Below, in pieces: positions 53,878-62,447 of a stretch of DNA of 64,000 nt. Source of the stretch: an uncultured Bacteroidales bacterium (GTDB taxonomy: Bacteria; Bacteroidota; Bacteroidia; Bacteroidales; JAGOPY01). Both the position numbers and the translations under genes were made by a program. The DNA lies in assembly GCA_964371595.1 (NCBI GenBank), contig CAYJNJ010000002.1:40274-104273 (forward strand), read 5' to 3'. The notes beneath the pieces are model-generated. The model did no database searches and had not been told where the DNA came from. It saw only the letters and a list, made by a program, of their open reading frames with translations. Within the stretch, counting starts at the first letter, position 1. The number at the start of each line of letters is the position of its first letter.

Positions 53878-55206
53878 ATGAAAAAGCAACAAATCAACAC
53901 ATTCATGCTGGCTTTATCCTTCGGTATTTTCGCAGGTGCATTCGGCCAGAGCACCATAACCTTCACCTTTACAGGCATTAACAATTTAGACCATTTTAAG
54001 CTTGATAGCATCAAGGTAAAGAACCTCACCCAGAGTTGTGATACGGTATTATTTTATCCCGATACCGTGCTTATCGTTTATTATGTCGGAATGAATGAAA
54101 AGCTAGATCCGGGGGATGGATTCGGGGTAATGCAGAATTATCCAAATCCATCTTTTGATGGAACTTATATCAAGCTGTATGTTCCGCGACAAGGACCAGT
54201 TACTATCAGTATCGTTAATACAATTGGGCAACAGTTCCTGGCAACAGAGAGGATGATGAGCAAAGGATGGCATGTTTTGCGTCTTTGTCTTCCCGGCGAA
54301 GGTATATTTCTATTTAGTGCCACCTGGAATAACATTAGCAGCACGATCAGGATAGTATCAGCATATACAGGGCCTCAAAGATCATGTTCTATAGATTATT
54401 CAGAAAGCATGCAAGTTGAAGCACCGCTGAAAAGCATATCTGCCACAACGGACTTCTTATTCAGTACAGGAGATGAACTAATGCTGATCGGTTATGCTGG
54501 TACACTGGAATCAGGCTTCCTTGATTCACCGGAGTCTGACCAGGAGTACGTATTCCAGTTTGCCACGAATATACCCTGCCCCGGCCTGGATTCATTATTT
54601 TATGACGGGCAATGGTATCATACTGTTCAGATTTTCAGCCAGTGCTGGATCAATGAGAATCTGAACGCAGGGATGATAATCCCATCGAGCCAGGATCAAA
54701 CCAATAATGACCTTGTTGAGAAATATTGCATGGGCGATGTAGGAAGCTATTGCGACCTTTTCGGCGGATTATATTTCTGGAATGAAATGATGAAGTACAG
54801 CAATGTGACCGGGGGCCAGGGGATTTGCCCGGATGGCTTCCATGTCCCGACAGATCTGGATTGGCAAATACTGGAAGGCGCAGCCGACAGTGAATATGAG
54901 ATCGGGGCATCCGGATGGAAAGTGAATGGCTGGAGAGGCACCGATGCAGGAGGAAACCTGAAGCAGACCGGTACTGAGCTTTGGGAGTATCCGAATACAG
55001 GCGCTACTGATGCTTTTGGTTTCACAGTGGTTCCTTCAGGGTATTTCGTCCAGGGCGGTTTCTGGGGACCCGGCTATAAAGCTTATATTTGGAGTTCCAA
55101 TAATGTCTGGATGTATTACCGGAATATGGACTGGAACCAGGCAAATATTCAGCGTGGCACGGGTGATGGCCAAATTGCTATTTCAGTCAGGTGTATCAGG
55201 AATTAA
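53878..55206 (+). CDS. FISUMP (Fibrobacter succinogenes major paralogous) domain protein with an internal T9SS-CTD-like module
   Basis: The C-terminal part (QCWINENLN...GGLYFWNEMM...ICPDGFHVPTDLDWQILE...GYFVQGGFWGPGYKAYIWSS) is FISUMP-like. Residues ~85-165 (QNYPNPSFDGTYIKLYV...GIFLFSATW) resemble a T9SS sorting domain. Confidence 0.7.
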   Translation: MKKQQINTFMLALSFGIFAGAFGQSTITFTFTGINNLDHFKLDSIKVKNLTQSCDTVLFYPDTVLIVYYVGMNEKLDPGDGFGVMQNYPNPSFDGTYIKLYVPRQGPVTISIVNTIGQQFLATERMMSKGWHVLRLCLPGEGIFLFSATWNNISSTIRIVSAYTGPQRSCSIDYSESMQVEAPLKSISATTDFLFSTGDELMLIGYAGTLESGFLDSPESDQEYVFQFATNIPCPGLDSLFYDGQWYHTVQIFSQCWINENLNAGMIIPSSQDQTNNDLVEKYCMGDVGSYCDLFGGLYFWNEMMKYSNVTGGQGICPDGFHVPTDLDWQILEGAADSEYEIGASGWKVNGWRGTDAGGNLKQTGTELWEYPNTGATDAFGFTVVPSGYFVQGGFWGPGYKAYIWSSNNVWMYYRNMDWNQANIQRGTGDGQIAISVRCIRN

Positions 55207-55251
55207 TGCAGCAAGAATACCTATCTTTGCATATCTTTCAAAAAGCCTAAA

Positions 55252-56286
55252 TTGATATCTTCAAACCGAAATACCAGGTTCCTTTTAGCCATTTCATTAA
55301 TCTCCGGCCTTGTAGTATTGGGAACAATAGGTTATATTGTAATCGAACAAGCCAATGTGCTGGATTCCCTTTACATGACCATTATAACGATGTCGACTGT
55401 AGGATTTAAGGAGATCCATGAATTTTCCAGTGCCGGGAAAATATTTACGATCATCCTCATCATCATGAGTATCAGCATATATGCCTATTCTATTACCGTG
55501 ATTACTTCTTTTATGCTGGAGGGGGAAATCAGTTATTTCCTATTAGGTTACCGGTCAAATAAAATGAGAAAAATGGAAAATCATGTGATCATATGCGGTT
55601 TTGGCCGCAACGGGCAGCAGGTTGCTAAAGAGCTGGAAGCTTACAACCAGCAGTATATTGTCATTGATCAGAGTCATGACACCTTTATGAAGAATATGAC
55701 CAGGAAGTCGATTTTTCTGGAAGGTGATGCCACCAGGGATGAGATTCTCCTGAAAGCCAATATCGTAAAGGCCAAAGCATTGATTTCAACATTACCGGTA
55801 GATGCCGATAATTTTTATGTTGTCCTGACAGCCCGTTCATTGAACCCTAATCTTTTCATTATCAGCAGGTCAGGTGATGATAAAACGGAGGCCAAATTGA
55901 AATTTGCCGGGGTAAACAATATTGTCATGCCGGAAAAAGTCGGTGGTGCCCATATGGCATCCCTGGTGACCAAACCTGATGTGGTCGAATTCCTTGAGCA
56001 TCTGTCAGTTCATGGCGATGAGCCTACCAACCTGGAAGAGGTTGTCTGCTCATATATACCTGATAACAAGCCCAATAAAACCATCAGTGATCTTGAAATC
56101 CGGCTGAAAACCGGAGCTAATATTATCGGTTATAAATCTCCTGACGGCAAATTCATCCTGAATCCCGATCCTGATACGAAGGTAATTCCCGGCTCCAAGT
56201 TCTTTGTCCTTGCTACAAAAGAACAGGTCGGCAAAATGAATGAAATGCTGAAGGGACCGGTTGAGATTACTTCATCAACCACTTGA
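55252..56286 (+). CDS. two-TM potassium-channel homologue with RCK (TrkA-N/TrkA-C) domains and a non-canonical filter
   Basis: TM1, a pore helix plus TMSTVGFKE (in place of TVGYGD), TM2, then VIICGFGRNGQQVA (Rossmann RCK). TTG start per the track. Confidence 0.75.
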   Translation: MISSNRNTRFLLAISLISGLVVLGTIGYIVIEQANVLDSLYMTIITMSTVGFKEIHEFSSAGKIFTIILIIMSISIYAYSITVITSFMLEGEISYFLLGYRSNKMRKMENHVIICGFGRNGQQVAKELEAYNQQYIVIDQSHDTFMKNMTRKSIFLEGDATRDEILLKANIVKAKALISTLPVDADNFYVVLTARSLNPNLFIISRSGDDKTEAKLKFAGVNNIVMPEKVGGAHMASLVTKPDVVEFLEHLSVHGDEPTNLEEVVCSYIPDNKPNKTISDLEIRLKTGANIIGYKSPDGKFILNPDPDTKVIPGSKFFVLATKEQVGKMNEMLKGPVEITSSTT

Positions 56287-57511
56287 ATACCGGAAAAATA
56301 CTGATGCATTTTCCTTGCTGTTCTATAGTTTCTTCAGTGTCATCCGTCAGTATAAGGCCATTATCAAGGTTATAGGTGTTCATAGCCTCTGTTAATCCTT
56401 TCAACTCCCGTTCACGCGTTTCCTGATCCCCGAATGCATAGCAAACCTGGATAGCACCGGTGATATTAATCCCTTCACGAATTAAAAAATCACATTCTCC
56501 TTTTCCTTTGAAATAATATGCATCCATTCCTCTTCTTTTCAATTCGATAAATACCATATTTTCGAGAAGTCTTCCCTTCTCTTCAGAAAAAACAAATCCA
56601 AGCTTGCGGATCAAAGCATTATCAATGAAATAAATCTTCCTGGCATTCTGCAACTGCTTTCGTGCTGAGTAATCAAATTTATTAACAGCAAACAGCAGGT
56701 ATGTATCTTGCAGAAAATCGAGATAATTTTTCACTGTTGTGGCATTTTTCAATCCCACGGCTGTGGCAAGACGGTTATTGGAAAACAGACGTGACACATT
56801 GCTGGCTAATAAATAAACCAATTCCTTCATTTCTTTTTCACCGGTCAGATTATGCCTTGCCATGACATCCCTGTAAAGGATACTTTCATAAAGCGATTTC
56901 AGGTAATTGTCATCTCCGAATTTCAGGTAATATGGAAATCCTCCGGATGTAAAAAATTCATTGTAAAGGCGCATCAACTCCCCTTTAACTTCAGTCGAAT
57001 AAATTCCTGTGCCATTATTTTTAAAATTCTTTAAGAGAAGAAATTCTTTGAATGAAAAAGGAAATAATTCATGCCTGATAAAGCGTCCTGTCAGGTGTGT
57101 GCCAAGTTCCTTGCTCAGCATGGTTGCATTTGACCCCGTAATGAAAACTTTATTTCCATGCTCATGTAACCTCCTTACAAATCGCTCCCAGCCCGGGACA
57201 TTCTGAATTTCATCAAACCAGAAAGTCGTTTGCTGACCAAACAGTTCAATAAAGGTCTCATGAAGTAATTGAAAATCTCCAACCCGGAAATTGATCAGCC
57301 TTTCGTCGTCAAAATTCAGGTAATAATCCTTCTCTCTGAATATTGACCGGATCTGGTTAAGTAAAGTAGATTTACCACAACGCCTGATACCGGAAATAAC
57401 CACAATATCTTCTCCTTTGACAAGTGAATCCGGAAAGTCCCTGACAATCAGAGAATCATGCCAGACAAGCTTTAACTGGTCGGCAATCACTGTTTTTAAA
57501 AGATTCTTCAT
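56267..57511 (-). CDS. AAA-family ATPase with C-terminal DUF4143 domain
   Basis: Walker A is GIRRCGKST and Walker B-like is WFDEIQ. The C-terminal region is typical of AAA_14/DUF4143 proteins. Confidence 0.8.
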   Translation of the reverse strand: MKNLLKTVIADQLKLVWHDSLIVRDFPDSLVKGEDIVVISGIRRCGKSTLLNQIRSIFREKDYYLNFDDERLINFRVGDFQLLHETFIELFGQQTTFWFDEIQNVPGWERFVRRLHEHGNKVFITGSNATMLSKELGTHLTGRFIRHELFPFSFKEFLLLKNFKNNGTGIYSTEVKGELMRLYNEFFTSGGFPYYLKFGDDNYLKSLYESILYRDVMARHNLTGEKEMKELVYLLASNVSRLFSNNRLATAVGLKNATTVKNYLDFLQDTYLLFAVNKFDYSARKQLQNARKIYFIDNALIRKLGFVFSEEKGRLLENMVFIELKRRGMDAYYFKGKGECDFLIREGINITGAIQVCYAFGDQETRERELKGLTEAMNTYNLDNGLILTDDTEETIEQQGKCISIFPVFKWLMK

Positions 57512-57628
57512 GATCAGAAGTTAATTAATGACTATAAAATTACATTGTTTCTATTTACAATGCAAATTTTAATCATTATTTTCCCTTTTCTGATAGAAGA
57601 TCGCAAAGTACTAGTTGGACAGTTAGAA

Positions 57629-60600
57629 TTACTCCACAAAAACCTTCTTCCCTACAACGCCCTTACCTGTCCTGATATTCATCAAATACATGCCCGAAGC
57701 AAGTCCATCCAGATTGATCTTTTCATGATAAATCCCGGCATTCCTCGTACCAAGGTCGTTTGATATTACAATCCTTCCGGTTATGTCAAGGACTTCAATC
57801 ATGAGGCTGCTCTTTGATTTCAGTTCAAAGGAGATATTGAGGTTATCTTTCGCCGGGTTCGGGAAAATGTTAAATGTCGAAGCCACAACTGCTGATTCAT
57901 CAATACCGATGGTATTCGTCAGCAAAACGGCTGTGCCGTCAAGCTGGACGGTAAGGAGCGCCAGGACCGGCCCGTTGTTGTTGACCAACGGATTGACGAA
58001 ACCTGATGCAAGTATTGTCAATGACTGGCCGCCAAGTCCCATGTCTGCCAGTGGGGCAAGGAAATTCCCCATGACATTGGAGCCGTCTTCGGTGGTTACA
58101 TCCAGTGAATAATTGGCCGTCGCAAGTTCTGTATAGCCGTCGAAACTGCCATAGGATACATTGTCGGCAACAGTGCTGCCACCCGAAACGACAACATCAA
58201 TTGTCGGTGCATCGGTGGAGCCGTGGTATACGAGGACATTGGTGCTGGTCCCCACCGGGGCATCTTCGATTGCGCCAGTGTAAAGGACCATGTTAAACGG
58301 CTGGCCGGGGTCGTAACCGCTTGGGCTGAGGATACCGCTGGCAACCATCAGGTACCTCTCATCTGTTGTCAATGTGAAACTGTCCGACCATAGCGGGTTG
58401 TCAGGATCCTGGCTGTCGGGGCCCTTAACTGCAATGGTTATCTCCTCTTCCGAAGGGATGTATAAGAAAGCCGTAGCGGTGCGGAATGCAAAGTTATCAA
58501 GCAAAAGCTCATCATTCAGCCAGACATCTGCAATAGCTGCCACATCATCGGCCGAATTATGGATGAACTGTACCCGTGCGCTCGGGACATATTCCTGCAA
58601 CTGTATCAGTTCCCCTCCGGTTGCTTTCGCCGCCCATAGTCCCAAAGGCTCACCGTCGCTGTTCACAGCAGGGTTGACAAATCCGGAAGTAACTACCGTA
58701 ATGGCCTCATCCTCCAGCCCTAATGTCTGCAATGGGGCCCTGAACTTGCCCAGCACCGTTGCACCGGATCCGTCACGTACTTCCAGGATATAATCTATAG
58801 TGGGAAGTTCGAGATAGCTGCTGAAATTTGCATAATCCAGGTTGTCTACCAGCAATCCTACCCCAAGGCCAATCTCTAAAATATCCACAGTCAGCGCATC
58901 GGTCGATCCCTGGTGCATAAGGATATCAGTCCTCCCGGAAATAGTTGCTTCTTCACGCCCGGTAGGGTATTCAGCAATATCGAAAGGCTGAAATGGATCA
59001 TACCCCGTTACGCTCAATATACCGTCGGCGACAAAAATTTTAGTTTCACCTTCAATAAGGGTATAATTATGGGCGAACAGCGGATTGTACGGATCCTGGC
59101 TGTCGGGGCCCTTGATGGCGATAGTAAATTGCTCGTCGGCCGGTGCGTCGATGAATGGCGAAGCGCTATGGAAAGCGAAATTATCCAGCCAGAGGTCCTG
59201 GTTAAGCCATACGTCAACGACTGCTGCTGCCGTATCTGCCGAATTGTGGATCAACTGCAACCTGGCAGTCGGTGCATATTCCTCTAATTTCAGGAACGGG
59301 CCGCCGGAGGCCTTTGCAATGAATAGGCCAAATTCCGGGCCATTGCCGTTGTTTCCAGGCTCCAGGAAACCCGATGCGAGAATGGTAACTGCATCGCCTT
59401 CCAGGCCCAAAGTGGCTAGCGGCACTTCATACGCAGCTATTTTTGTAATCCCGGTCTCGTCGCGGACCTGGAAAATGTAATTCACCGTGGCAAAGCCGAA
59501 ATATCCTGCAAAATCGCTGTAGGCAAGGTTATCAACAACCGGTCCCAGCCCGATGCCTACCTCAACAATATCCACAGTTGGCAAATCAGTTGAACCGTGA
59601 TGGATCAGCAGGTCGGTCTGGCCACTTGAATTGGCATTCTCACGTGCTGTTGGAAAAACCTCCATCGAAAACGGCGTCAGCGGGTCATATCCTGAGGTGC
59701 TGATGATCCCGTCAGCTACGAAAATATAGGATTCATCGACGACCAGGGTATAATTTGCAGTCCATAGCGGATCACCGGGATCCTGGCTGTCGGGTCCTGT
59801 TACCGTAAGGGCGAATTCCTCACCGGCAGTAATATCCATAAAGGCTGTAGAAGTCTGGTATGAGAAATTATCGACCAGCAAGGTCTCGTCCATCCAGATG
59901 TCGACTACTTCTGTTGCGGCATCGGCAGAATTGTGAATGAATTGCACACGTGCAATCGGTTCGTAATCAGGCAATTTAATAAGATTACCCCCGATGGCAG
60001 TAGCAAACCAGAGCCCGAATCCGGGGCCGTTGCTGTTATTTCCTGGCTGCACAAAACCGGAAGCCACCACGGTGATTGCATAGCTTTCGAGACCAAGGGT
60101 TTCAAGGGGCAGCTCATATGCCGCCAGTTTCACTGTTCCGCTTTCATCACGGATTTCTATGATATAATCGAGCGGATCCAGCTCAAGGTAATCAGAATAA
60201 TCGGAATAAGCCAGGTTATCAATCCATAAGCCTCCTCCAACACCGGTTTCATAAATATCCATAACCGGTGCATCCGTCGAACCGTGATGCATGATCATAT
60301 CAGTTTTGCTGGACATATTAGCCATTTCTCGCGCTGCCGGGTAAACGGCAATGTCAAAGGGGGTTGGTGGCTGGTAACCCGACGGGCTGATAATTCCTTC
60401 TGCGACCATGATGTATTTCTGGTCGACAGTAAGGGTGTAATTTGCTGACCACAGCGGATTATCGGGGTTTTGGCTGCCGGCATCCGCAACGGCAAGGGTA
60501 AACTCCTGTTCTGCAGGGACATCAAGAAAAGCCGAAGCAGTGCGGAATGCAAAGTTATCGATGAGCAAGGTTTCATTCAGCCAGACATCAACTGTTTCAA

Positions 60601-61396
60601 TAGCGGCATCTGCCGAATTATGGATAATCTGGACACGGGCTTTCGGGTCATAAAGCGGGAGTTCGATCAGGGCACCGCCTTCAGCAGGAGCAGCCCACAG
60701 GCCAAATGCAGGCCCGTTACTGTTGTTTTCGGGGAGAAGGAACCCGGATGCTACAACAACTACAGACTTGCCTTTCAGGCCGAATTCCTGGAAAGATGCG
60801 CTGTAGGTTCCAATGATATTATTTCCGCTTTCATCCGTAACCTGGAACAGATAATCCTTGGTGGAAATTTCCTGGTAGTTGTTATAACCTGCATAAGCAA
60901 GATTATCGACAAGCTGGCCAATTCCCACACCGGTTTCATAAATATCAATAACAGGCGCATCCGTAGAACCGTGATGTACCAGCATATCGGTAACATCATT
61001 CATGCTTGCGATTTCATGCGCACCTGTAAATACTGCCATATCGAACGGTGTTGCCGGGTCGTAGCCTGAGGCGCTGATAATCCCTTCGGCAACCAGGATA
61101 TAAGCTTCCTGGTCAGTAAAAGTGTAAATATGTGACCAGAGCGGGTTATCGGGATCCTGGCTGTCAGACTCTTTAACCGCAATAGTGACCGGGGTCCCGG
61201 CCGTAGCATCCATAAAAGGGGAAGAGGTCCTGAAGGCAAAGTTATCAAGTACAAGGGTTGCGTCAATCCAGACATCGACCACTGCAACAGCAGCATCAGC
61301 CGAGTTGTGAATTACCTGGATACGGGCCTGAGAGAATGTTGCGGTCATTGTAAGAAATAAGACTGCAGTAAGCAAAAAGTTTTTTATAAAGTTCAT
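57629..61396 (-). CDS. DUF4397 repeat protein (5 tandem 229-aa units) with T9SS C-terminal sorting domain
   Basis: Signal peptide, five units each starting AR[VIL]Q.IHNSAD and containing HHGSTDAP..D (DUF4397 pattern), and CTD NIFPNPAKDNLNISF...GMYLMNIRTG. Confidence 0.8.
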   Translation of the reverse strand: MNFIKNFLLTAVLFLTMTATFSQARIQVIHNSADAAVAVVDVWIDATLVLDNFAFRTSSPFMDATAGTPVTIAVKESDSQDPDNPLWSHIYTFTDQEAYILVAEGIISASGYDPATPFDMAVFTGAHEIASMNDVTDMLVHHGSTDAPVIDIYETGVGIGQLVDNLAYAGYNNYQEISTKDYLFQVTDESGNNIIGTYSASFQEFGLKGKSVVVVASGFLLPENNSNGPAFGLWAAPAEGGALIELPLYDPKARVQIIHNSADAAIETVDVWLNETLLIDNFAFRTASAFLDVPAEQEFTLAVADAGSQNPDNPLWSANYTLTVDQKYIMVAEGIISPSGYQPPTPFDIAVYPAAREMANMSSKTDMIMHHGSTDAPVMDIYETGVGGGLWIDNLAYSDYSDYLELDPLDYIIEIRDESGTVKLAAYELPLETLGLESYAITVVASGFVQPGNNSNGPGFGLWFATAIGGNLIKLPDYEPIARVQFIHNSADAATEVVDIWMDETLLVDNFSYQTSTAFMDITAGEEFALTVTGPDSQDPGDPLWTANYTLVVDESYIFVADGIISTSGYDPLTPFSMEVFPTARENANSSGQTDLLIHHGSTDLPTVDIVEVGIGLGPVVDNLAYSDFAGYFGFATVNYIFQVRDETGITKIAAYEVPLATLGLEGDAVTILASGFLEPGNNGNGPEFGLFIAKASGGPFLKLEEYAPTARLQLIHNSADTAAAVVDVWLNQDLWLDNFAFHSASPFIDAPADEQFTIAIKGPDSQDPYNPLFAHNYTLIEGETKIFVADGILSVTGYDPFQPFDIAEYPTGREEATISGRTDILMHQGSTDALTVDILEIGLGVGLLVDNLDYANFSSYLELPTIDYILEVRDGSGATVLGKFRAPLQTLGLEDEAITVVTSGFVNPAVNSDGEPLGLWAAKATGGELIQLQEYVPSARVQFIHNSADDVAAIADVWLNDELLLDNFAFRTATAFLYIPSEEEITIAVKGPDSQDPDNPLWSDSFTLTTDERYLMVASGILSPSGYDPGQPFNMVLYTGAIEDAPVGTSTNVLVYHGSTDAPTIDVVVSGGSTVADNVSYGSFDGYTELATANYSLDVTTEDGSNVMGNFLAPLADMGLGGQSLTILASGFVNPLVNNNGPVLALLTVQLDGTAVLLTNTIGIDESAVVASTFNIFPNPAKDNLNISFELKSKSSLMIEVLDITGRIVISNDLGTRNAGIYHEKINLDGLASGMYLMNIRTGKGVVGKKVFVE
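57889..61327 (-). repeat. five in-frame tandem repeats of exactly 687 bp within the DUF4397 gene
   Basis: The IHNSA-coding motif recurs on the plus strand at 58551, 59238, 59925, 60612 and 61299, a spacing of 687 nt each time. Confidence 0.85.
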
Positions 61397-61554
61397 GATT
61401 GCAATTAATTAGAGTTTTGATAATGTAATCGTCAGGTATCAGGCAAAGTAAAAAATAAAATCCATGCCTGATCAAATCAATACTACAAAAATAAGCATTT
61501 TTAACCACGTTTTGGGAGTAAGGAAACAGTTACATGAAGGGTATTAATTAAAAA

Positions 61555-61609
61555 CGCAAAGGACACAGGGGGGGGGATTAATTCCTCTGTGCCTTTGCGC
61601 CATCATGGT
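61555..61609. repeat. CGCAAAG-family hairpin containing a G9 homopolymer
   Basis: cgcaaaggacacaGGGGGGGGGattaattcctctgtgcctttgcg, with the G-run at 61568-61576. Confidence 0.7.
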
Positions 61610-61759
61610 TCACCTCAAAACTTATCTACAAGCAATTTATCCGATAGATTTTACTATTTCCCGATATCATGCTGATCCATTGATAAGGTAAATTATTGAT
61701 GATACAAAGTTGAGATGAAAGATGCAACGTTGTATAGCCTAATCAGGTCATTTTTAATA

Positions 61760-62389
61760 TCAGATCAGCTTGTCTTTGAAAGCTTTTACCACGACCTGTG
61801 CCCGGGAATGGACCTGAAGTTTGTCGTAGATATTTTTGATGTGGTTACGAACAGTCTGGACGCTGATGAACAATTTTGCCGCGATCAGTTCATTGGTCAT
61901 TCCCTGTGCGATCAATTGCAGGATTTCCTTTTCACGTGTGGTAAGGTTGGAAGGTGAATCGGGTTTAGCAGCGGCAGGTTTTAAAAACGCCATTACCTGC
62001 TTGGCAATCATGGGTGTAAGAGCGGCTCCGCCTTCATAAACCTGTTGGATGGCATCCAGAATTTTGTTCGGGCTTGATTTTTTAAGTATATACCCGTCAG
62101 CACCGTTTTTAATGGCTTCGAGAATATGAAAATCATCTTCCAGGATAGTAAGCATTACTATTTTCTGACCCGGGAATTTTTTCCTGAACAGGGGGATGGC
62201 TTCAATCCCCGACATACCCGGAAGGTTGATGTCTAGCAACATTATATCCGTTTCAGTGAAATTCTCCAGCGTTTCTTCAACTGAGGAATACGACCATGCT
62301 ACAGTATATTCTGATAAAGATGATATAAGGTATACCAGGCTCTGCCGGAATTCGGAGTGATCTTCAACGATTCCTATAGATATTGACAT
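61760..62389 (-). CDS. NarL/LuxR-family response regulator
   Basis: Receiver (IMLLDINLPGMSG) plus a LuxR-type HTH (LTTREKEILQLIAQGMTNELIAAKLFISVQTVRNHIKNIY). Confidence 0.9.
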   Translation of the reverse strand: MSISIGIVEDHSEFRQSLVYLISSLSEYTVAWSYSSVEETLENFTETDIMLLDINLPGMSGIEAIPLFRKKFPGQKIVMLTILEDDFHILEAIKNGADGYILKKSSPNKILDAIQQVYEGGAALTPMIAKQVMAFLKPAAAKPDSPSNLTTREKEILQLIAQGMTNELIAAKLFISVQTVRNHIKNIYDKLQVHSRAQVVVKAFKDKLI

Positions 62390-62447
62390 TTGAAACCTTT
62401 ATTGCAAAATGAATACATTATCCGGATAAATATATAGCCTTTTAAGG

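Noticed and set aside
56267-57511. AAA/DUF4143 ATPase as a possible defence gene.
   Set aside because: It is a very common stand-alone family in Bacteroidota. There is no nuclease, methylase or other partner gene adjacent, and nothing in the sequence sets it apart.
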